From: Nitrospirota bacterium
GTDB taxonomy: Bacteria; Nitrospirota; UBA9217
Direction of reading: 5' to 3'
Assembly: GCA_963790205.1 (NCBI GenBank)
Contig: CAWBNQ010000001.1
Location: 352,001-416,000 of the forward strand
DNA length: 64,000 nucleotides
In this document: in pieces, positions 57,379-64,000 of the stretch
Position numbering within the stretch: the stretch's first letter is position 1
Layout: every line of letters begins with the position of its first letter
Translations under genes and position numbers: made by a program
The notes under the pieces: model-generated
The model's input: the letters and a program-made list of their open reading frames with translations, nothing else
Database searches by the model: none
Told to the model about the DNA's origin: nothing

Positions 57379-59526
57379 ATGAGGGCGCTTAAGGAAATAC
57401 TAGCAGGCCTGACGCTGAAAAAAAAGATTGAGTCCAGCATGGGCCTGAAGCTTGTGGTCGCGCTGGCCGCCGTGATTTCCGCGCTCATGGTCCTTGGTAC
57501 GATCTTTGTGGCCCGCATGCTGCAGGAGGACCAGTATCGCAGCATCGAAACGCGCGGAAGAGAACTGGGGGTGTTTCTCGGAAAAGCGGCCACGGACGCG
57601 CTTCTCCACAAGGACATCCCCGCGCTCGACGGTCTCGTCGCTGAGGCGGTAAATTCGCAGGATGTGTTCTATGCCTATATCGTGGACGACTCAAGCGCGG
57701 TATTGAATAACATCCAGGCCAGCTTCAACCGCACGAATCCCGCCATGCGGTCCTTTTTATCCGATAATCAATCCGGCGATGTGGCCGTGCTCGCCGCAAA
57801 GGCGAAGGAAACACTGGACGCCATCGAGACGCAGTCAGACATCATGCTCGGCGCCACCCGCCTCGGCAAAGTCAAGATGGGTTTTTCCCGGGAAAGGGCC
57901 AAGAAGGCCGCGCGCAACGTGGTCTGGCTGCTGCTCGGAACGAGCGCCGCGATCGTGCTCGTTCTGTCAACGCTGATCTTTGTCCTGACGCAGCGGATGA
58001 TCGTCCTTCCCACCCGTCAGGCGGTATCGGTGGCATTGGGTACCGCCGAAGGCGATCTTACCCGGAGCGTTCGCGTGCGGTCCGTCGACGAGCTCGGGAT
58101 GCTCGGGCGGGGCCTGAACCGGATGATCCTCGGGCTGAAGGACATGATCGGCAGCATCCGTGAAGCTGCCCGCCATATGGTGTCGGTCCAGGGCGAGGTC
58201 AGGGGAATATCCACGAAGTTGACCTCGGGGAGCCAGGTGCAGTCCGAATCAGTGGAAGAAGCGGCGTCATCGGTGAATGAGATGCACTTCTCCCTGAAGG
58301 AAATAGCGGCCAGCATGGATGATCTTCACGCGACATCGGAGCGGACCTCGTCATCGGTTATCGAGATGGCGGTCTCGGTGAACGAAGCGGCCAAGTCCGT
58401 GTCCGACCTGTCGGGGTTTATCGACGAAACGTCATCGGCCATTACCCAGATGTCGGCCGCAATGCGGCAGATAGCGGAGCATGTCGGGATGCTGTCTTCC
58501 ACGGCCGAAGAGACCTCGGCCTCCGCCCTCGAGATCAGCGCCTCGGTGAAAGAAGTGGAGGCAACGGCCCGGCAGTCGGCGTCTCTTGCCGAGACGCTTG
58601 CGGAGGATGCCCAGGGGCTGGGCGTACGCTCTATCGAAAAGACCATCGAAGGGATGGGCCGCATAGAATCCAATGCGCGACGGACCGCCGACGTCGTGAA
58701 CCGCCTCGGCGAGCGCGCCGAGAGCATCGGCGGCATCCTGACCGTGATCGAGGATATCACAGACCAGACCGGCCTCCTGGCCCTGAATGCCGCCATCCTT
58801 GCGGCCCAGGCCGGCGAACACGGCAAGGGCTTTGCCGTTGTTGCCGCCGAGATACGGGAACTGGCGAACCGCACGGCAGCGTCCACGCAGGAAATCGGGA
58901 AGCTCATCGCCGCGGTGCAGGCTGAGTCCCGCGAGGCCGTTGACGTCATGAAAGAAGGGGTCGCATTCGTGGAAGAGGGGGTCCACCTGGCCACCGGCGC
59001 CGGAGATGCCCTGAGAAAGATCCTCGAACAGGCTGGATCATCGCGGGACATGAGCCGGAGCATCAACACGGCGGCGACAGAGCAGGCGCGGGGGATCAAG
59101 CAGGTGAGCGAGGCGGTCGACCGGATCAACGAGATGACCCATCAGATCGCCAGGGCCACCAACGAGCAGAAGGCGGGCAGCGAGCAGATCATGCAGGCCG
59201 CCGAAAAGATGCGGGAGCTCACGCGATTTGTCAAAAACTCCAGTGAAGAGCAGGCAAAAGCCGGAAAGGACATCACTCAGGCGGTCGAGACCATAAGCAC
59301 GAAGATCGGCATGGTGAACCGGGCCACGGGAGAGGTCCAGCAGGGAAGCGACCTGATCGTCAAGGCAATTGAACGGATCAAGGAGATCGCCAGGGCCAAT
59401 GCGGACCTGGCTTCGGGACTGAACAAGGCCATGGAGGCCATGGCGGCACAATCGACCCAGCTCGGCAAGGAAATCGCAAAGTTCAAGATGGCCGACGCGG
59501 GCCGGAGCGGGGCACAGGGATCATAA
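57379..59526 (+). CDS. Transmembrane methyl-accepting chemotaxis protein (long cytoplasmic domain)
   Basis: Two TM segments, [32 protein letters not shown]. Confidence 0.95.
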   Translation: MRALKEILAGLTLKKKIESSMGLKLVVALAAVISALMVLGTIFVARMLQEDQYRSIETRGRELGVFLGKAATDALLHKDIPALDGLVAEAVNSQDVFYAYIVDDSSAVLNNIQASFNRTNPAMRSFLSDNQSGDVAVLAAKAKETLDAIETQSDIMLGATRLGKVKMGFSRERAKKAARNVVWLLLGTSAAIVLVLSTLIFVLTQRMIVLPTRQAVSVALGTAEGDLTRSVRVRSVDELGMLGRGLNRMILGLKDMIGSIREAARHMVSVQGEVRGISTKLTSGSQVQSESVEEAASSVNEMHFSLKEIAASMDDLHATSERTSSSVIEMAVSVNEAAKSVSDLSGFIDETSSAITQMSAAMRQIAEHVGMLSSTAEETSASALEISASVKEVEATARQSASLAETLAEDAQGLGVRSIEKTIEGMGRIESNARRTADVVNRLGERAESIGGILTVIEDITDQTGLLALNAAILAAQAGEHGKGFAVVAAEIRELANRTAASTQEIGKLIAAVQAESREAVDVMKEGVAFVEEGVHLATGAGDALRKILEQAGSSRDMSRSINTAATEQARGIKQVSEAVDRINEMTHQIARATNEQKAGSEQIMQAAEKMRELTRFVKNSSEEQAKAGKDITQAVETISTKIGMVNRATGEVQQGSDLIVKAIERIKEIARANADLASGLNKAMEAMAAQSTQLGKEIAKFKMADAGRSGAQGS

Positions 59527-59531
59527 GAGCT

Positions 59532-60053
59532 ATGGCGAAAGAAAAGAAGACTGCGGCAGCCGAAGACACCGTACAGCTCGTGACGTTTCAGGTCGGGACC
59601 GAGGAATACGGACTCGATATAAGCTTCATCACCGAAGTGGTCCGGCCGCTCAAGATCACGCCCCTTCCCAAAATGCCGGCGTTTGTCGAAGGCGTGATCA
59701 ATCTGCGCGGCGTCATCATTCCCGTCGTCGACCTGCGGAACCGCTTTGAGTTGAAGACGATCAAGAATGACCCGAGAAAAATGCGCATGATCATTGCGCG
59801 CGGCGCCGTTCACGGGAGCGCCGGAACGTCCGGCGACCTTCTCGGGCTCGTTGTCGACAACGTGGACGAAGTGATCCATGTTCCAAAAAAGGACATCGAT
59901 CCCGCGCCCGGGGCCGCCACGGGCAGGAATGCGGACTTCATCACCGGCATGGGCAAGGTAGGCGATCGGCTCATTATCCTCCTTGACATAACCAGGATTT
60001 TGAGCCAGCAGGAGCGCGTTGCGCTGGCGGAGGCGGGAAATGCCGAATCTTGA
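59532..60053 (+). CDS. cheW: CheW
   Basis: QLVTFQVG.EEYG, GVINLRG.IIPVVDLR, LIILLDI. Confidence 0.95.
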   Translation: MAKEKKTAAAEDTVQLVTFQVGTEEYGLDISFITEVVRPLKITPLPKMPAFVEGVINLRGVIIPVVDLRNRFELKTIKNDPRKMRMIIARGAVHGSAGTSGDLLGLVVDNVDEVIHVPKKDIDPAPGAATGRNADFITGMGKVGDRLIILLDITRILSQQERVALAEAGNAES

Positions 60054-62034
60054 TTTGCTGGGCAGGAAACTGCAGAGCCGCGACGCGGAGGAGCGGCGGG
60101 AGGCGGCTATTGACCTCGGCCGCGCCGGCCGCGCCGCCGTGCCTCTCCTGTTCCGCGCCATGAGCGATGCCGACTGGCGCGTCCGAAAGACGGCAGTCGA
60201 GGCGCTCGTCGCCGTCGGCGGCACCGAGGTTATTGAGGGCCTGGTCCGGCAGCTTTCGTCGCACGATAATGCCGGTGCGCGGAACTCGGCCATTGAAGCG
60301 CTCGTTCACATCGGCGCAGAGGCCGTGGACGGGCTGCTGGCATCGCTGGCTACGCCGGACCCGGACGTGCGGAAATTTATCGTCGACATCCTCGGCGATA
60401 TCAGGGACCCGCGCGCCGTGCCGCCCCTGATCAACAGGCTGGAAGACCCTGACGAGAACATCCGCGTGGCCTCGGCCGAGGCCCTCGGAAAGATCAAGGA
60501 CCGGCGCGCTGTGGACGCCCTGCTGGGCTGCCTCACGCGCAACGACCAGGGCTGGCTCGACTACGCCGCCGCCGAGGCCTTGGGCGAGCTCGGCGACGAA
60601 CGCGCCCTCGGTCCGCTTCTTGCGGCGCTCGGCAGGAGCAGTCTCCGGGAGCCGGTGCTCGACTCGCTCGGGAAGATCGGAAATGTCAATACTCTTGCGC
60701 CGCTCATCTCGGGGCTTGCCGATCCGCTCAGGATCGTGCGCGAAGTCTCGATGGTGGCGCTCACCGCGATCCATCGGAAGAGCACCCCGGCGGACCGGGG
60801 GAAAATGGTCCAGGCCGTGCGCGCGGGCATGAGCGAACGCGCCGTCGATTTTCTCGAAGAGATGCTGCAGGCGAGCGCAGGGGAACTTCAGAAGGCGGCC
60901 ATCGCAGGCCTCGGCTGGGCCGGCAGAGAGAGGTCCATTCAGAAGCTGCTTGCGCTTCTTCAGGAGGAAGATATGGAGGAGCCCATGGTCCAGGCGCTCG
61001 AAACCATCGACGGCAACCATGTGCCGGTCCTCTTCGGGTATCTATCGGACGAGAACGCACTTGTACGGCGCACCGTGGCCCGCGTGCTGGGCAATACCGG
61101 CCGGCGTGAAGCCGAGGACCCGCTGATTCGGCTGCTTTCCGATGAAAACGGGCACGTGCGGAGTACTGCGGTAGAGGCTCTTGGGCAGTTGCGAAGCAAA
61201 AAGGCGGTTGCCGTGCTTCTCAAACTACTCACCGATGAGTATGAAAGCGTGCAGGAGTCGGCAATCCGCGCGCTCGCTGAGATCGGCGACGAGTCCGTGC
61301 TCGACAGCCTGGTAAAGGATTTTACGTCCCGCGATGCGCATATGCGGAAGAATATCGCGCTCCTGCTCGGAAAGTTTTCGAGCGGCAAAGCGGCCGACGC
61401 GCTCGCCTTTGCGCTCAAAGACGAAGAGCCGGAAGTAAGAAAGGCCGCGGTGCAGGCGCTTGGTAATCTCCCGGGGGGAGACAGGACGAACCGATCGCTT
61501 ATGCTGGCCGTTGCAGACGACGATCCCGAAGTGCGCATGCTTGCCGCTGAAGCGTTCGGCAAGGCAAGAAGACCGGATGCAGTCGAAGCGCTCATATCCC
61601 TGCTCGAGGACCACGACCTCTGGGTCCGGGCCGCGGCGGCGCGGAGCCTGGGGAGGGCTGGCGGTGAGCGGGTGAGCGCGGCGCTTGCGGCACACCTCGA
61701 TGCGGCATCCGATATCTTTCTCCTTGCCCTTGTCGAGGTGCTGGGCAGGCTCAAGGCCGAAGAGGCCCTTGCGCCCCTCCTGAAACTCGCCGACCATGAC
61801 GATCCGGAGGTGCGGAAGACGGTGCTTGCGGCGCTTGCCGGGTTCCGCTGGGAGGCCGTGCAGCGGACGGTCATCGCGCGGCTCTCAGACCCGCACTGGA
61901 GCGTTAGGAAAGCGGCGATCGAGGTCCTGAAGCAAAAACAAGACGCGGCAGCGGGACCTCTCCTGGAGCGGATCGCCGAGAGTGACCCGGACGGAACCGT
62001 GCGCCATGCGGCGAAGGAAGCGCTGGGAAAATAA
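60040..62034 (+). CDS. HEAT/PBS-lyase repeat protein
   Basis: Many D.D..VR..A.EALG units along the whole length; ATG 60040 after GGAGG. Confidence 0.92.
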   Translation: MPNLDLLGRKLQSRDAEERREAAIDLGRAGRAAVPLLFRAMSDADWRVRKTAVEALVAVGGTEVIEGLVRQLSSHDNAGARNSAIEALVHIGAEAVDGLLASLATPDPDVRKFIVDILGDIRDPRAVPPLINRLEDPDENIRVASAEALGKIKDRRAVDALLGCLTRNDQGWLDYAAAEALGELGDERALGPLLAALGRSSLREPVLDSLGKIGNVNTLAPLISGLADPLRIVREVSMVALTAIHRKSTPADRGKMVQAVRAGMSERAVDFLEEMLQASAGELQKAAIAGLGWAGRERSIQKLLALLQEEDMEEPMVQALETIDGNHVPVLFGYLSDENALVRRTVARVLGNTGRREAEDPLIRLLSDENGHVRSTAVEALGQLRSKKAVAVLLKLLTDEYESVQESAIRALAEIGDESVLDSLVKDFTSRDAHMRKNIALLLGKFSSGKAADALAFALKDEEPEVRKAAVQALGNLPGGDRTNRSLMLAVADDDPEVRMLAAEAFGKARRPDAVEALISLLEDHDLWVRAAAARSLGRAGGERVSAALAAHLDAASDIFLLALVEVLGRLKAEEALAPLLKLADHDDPEVRKTVLAALAGFRWEAVQRTVIARLSDPHWSVRKAAIEVLKQKQDAAAGPLLERIAESDPDGTVRHAAKEALGK

Positions 62035-62913
62035 ATGTTTGAAGAACAGATCATTCCGCTGCCGGATGATGTTTTCAGGCTCCTCCGGGACTTCATCCAC
62101 GGCTATTGCGGCATCTTTTTTGACGACGGTTCCAAGTTCCTTCTGGAACGAAGGTTGTCGCGCCGGCTTGAGCAGCACCGCCTCAAGAGCTTCGAGGAGT
62201 ACTACCACTTTCTTCGCTACGACCGGAAGCGGGAAGAGGAACTCACCGTTCTCGTCGACAACCTGACTACGAACGAGACCTACTTTTTCCGGGAAAGCCC
62301 CCAGCTTCGCGCCTTTTCCGCGGAAATCCTCCCCGAGCTGCGCCAGACCCTTGCCGACCGGAAGACGCTCCGGATCTGGAGCGCCGGCTGCTCCACCGGA
62401 GAGGAACCCTATACCATCGCCATCCTGCTGCTCGAATCGGGCGAATGGTGGCGTGACTGGCAAGTGGAGATCCTCGGCAGCGACATCAACCAGCGGGTGC
62501 TGCACACGGCGCGCAAGGGAGTGTATAAAAAGAGCGCCCACCGCGCGACCAGCCCGGAGATGCTGTCGAAATATTTCATCGAAGAGGAAAAAGGAAATTA
62601 CCGGATCATCGATACGGTGCGCGAGCTGGTATCGTTCAGTTCCCTGAACCTCCTCGATCCTTATAAGACCAGCCTGATCAGCAACGTGGACGTTATCTTC
62701 TGCAGGAATGTCATCATTTATTTCGACAAAGAAGCAAAGAAAAAAGTGATCTCCAGTTTTCACGATAAGCTCCGCGAGGGCGGCTATCTGCTCCTCGGGC
62801 ATTCGGAATCATTGATCAATATCTCGAACGCCTTTCTGCTGCGCACACTCAAGAACGACATGGTGTACCAGAAGCCGCTCAGGGAGAAAATTGAAATTTC
62901 AAATTTCAAATAA
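62035..62913 (+). CDS. cheR: Chemotaxis methyltransferase CheR
   Basis: TTNETYFFRE, RIWSAGCSTGEEPY, IFCRNVIIYF, LGHSES. Confidence 0.97.
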   Translation: MFEEQIIPLPDDVFRLLRDFIHGYCGIFFDDGSKFLLERRLSRRLEQHRLKSFEEYYHFLRYDRKREEELTVLVDNLTTNETYFFRESPQLRAFSAEILPELRQTLADRKTLRIWSAGCSTGEEPYTIAILLLESGEWWRDWQVEILGSDINQRVLHTARKGVYKKSAHRATSPEMLSKYFIEEEKGNYRIIDTVRELVSFSSLNLLDPYKTSLISNVDVIFCRNVIIYFDKEAKKKVISSFHDKLREGGYLLLGHSESLINISNAFLLRTLKNDMVYQKPLREKIEISNFK

Positions 62914-63001
62914 CAAAGCCCGAATAAATTCTCAGTTCAAAGTACTAATGTCCGATCCGATCGAAATTCAGCGTTTAGGCTTTTATCCGGGAGCTTTCTA
63001 G

Positions 63002-64000
63002 GTGAAAAAGATCAAGGCATTGATTGTTGACGATTCCGCGTACAACCGCATGGCCATTGCGCAGATGCTTGCCAGCGACGCGGGGATCGAGGTCGTCGGG
63101 AGCGCCCACGACGGCGTCGATGCCATTGCGAAAACACTCCGCCTCGCTCCGGATGTGATCACGCTCGACCTCGAGATGCCGAATATGGACGGCTTCACCT
63201 TCCTGCGGTGGCTCATGAAGGAACGGCCGACCCCGGTGCTCGTACTTTCGTCGCGCTCCGACAGCCGCAGCGTCTTCCGCGCCCTGGAGCTTGGGGCCGT
63301 CGATTTCCTGGCCAAGCCCGAGGCCCGCATCTCCAAGAGCATCGAGAGCGTCCGGAGCGAGCTGGTGGCCAAGGTCCAGTCGATTTTGAACCTGGAGATG
63401 TCGAAGGTCAAGTCCGCCATCGCGCTTCTCACCGTTGAAAAAAAGGCGCCCTTGCCGCGCAAGGAGGACGATGCCCGGTTCGAGAAGAGCCCGATCGAGG
63501 TGGTGGCCATCGCCTCGTCTACCGGCGGGCCGCCCGCGATCCAGGCCATCCTCACCTCCCTTCCCGCGGATTTCGGCGCAGCCATCGTGATCTCACAGCA
63601 CATGCCCGCAGGGTTCACCCGGAGTTTTGCCGAGCGGCTGAACAAGCTTTCTCCTCTCGTGGTGAGTGAAGCCGCCGCCGGGGACCGGCTGGCCCCCGGC
63701 ACGGCGCTGATCGCACCGGGAGGATATCACCTGATCGTAAGGAGGGACCGCACGGGCCTGGTCGCCGAGCTTGCTCCGCGGAGCCCCTCTGACAAATATG
63801 TGCCGTCCGCCGACCGGATGATGATCTCCGTGGCCGAGGCCTGCGGGGCCGCAGCGCTGGGCGTCGTTCTCACGGGTATGGGCAGGGACGGCTCCGAAGG
63901 CGCGGATGCCATCAAGAAAAGAAAAGGACAGTGTCTGGCTGAGAGCGAGGAAAGCGCGGTCGTCTTCGGCATGCCGCAGGAAGCCATACGCACCGGAGCC
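63002..64000 (+). CDS. cheB: Chemotaxis methylesterase CheB (REC-CheB), cut by the window end
   Basis: Translated by eye: MKKIKALIVDDSA, TLDLEMP, ASSTGGP, QHMP, LTGMGRDG, VFGMP. Absent from the ORF track because there is no stop codon in the window. Confidence 0.95.
   Translation, partial: MKKIKALIVDDSAYNRMAIAQMLASDAGIEVVGSAHDGVDAIAKTLRLAPDVITLDLEMPNMDGFTFLRWLMKERPTPVLVLSSRSDSRSVFRALELGAVDFLAKPEARISKSIESVRSELVAKVQSILNLEMSKVKSAIALLTVEKKAPLPRKEDDARFEKSPIEVVAIASSTGGPPAIQAILTSLPADFGAAIVISQHMPAGFTRSFAERLNKLSPLVVSEAAAGDRLAPGTALIAPGGYHLIVRRDRTGLVAELAPRSPSDKYVPSADRMMISVAEACGAAALGVVLTGMGRDGSEGADAIKKRKGQCLAESEESAVVFGMPQEAIRTGA

Overview
A ~60% GC chromosomal window from a Gram-negative bacterium, probably anaerobic and Nitrospirota/Desulfobacterota-like (inferred from gene style only). 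Left to right it contains: rnj; a small defence islet (DUF2281 antitoxin with a toxin stub, MNT-HEPN pair, single-chain Type IIG/ISP-like restriction-modification enzyme); glgP; a sigma54-driven signalling operon (STAS, soluble PAS-PAS MCP, CheW, small Cys protein, Asp-less receiver, HD-GYP) next to an NtrC-type activator; an IS1182-family element; and housekeeping genes (Zn-ADH, lipid kinase, uppP, ftsK). About 14 kb of accessory DNA separates ftsK from lolA. It holds an integrase-less integron cassette array (attC sites, an IS5-disrupted hydrolase, BrnT/BrnA), a RAYT-type HUH transposase bounded by inverted repeats whose right end carries a CTATAGATT repeat stack and a 5'-truncated group II intron, and an HD-GYP/TPR module flanked by a duplicated recQ 3' end. 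The right third is a long chemosensory operon (DUF4388-GAF, CheY, CheA, ExeA-like ATPase, CheW, three very long MCPs, CheW, HEAT-repeat protein, CheR, CheB) with a complete MtrCAB-like porin-cytochrome module embedded in it. No rRNA, tRNA or CRISPR array was seen. All family calls come from motif recognition; no database searches were run.
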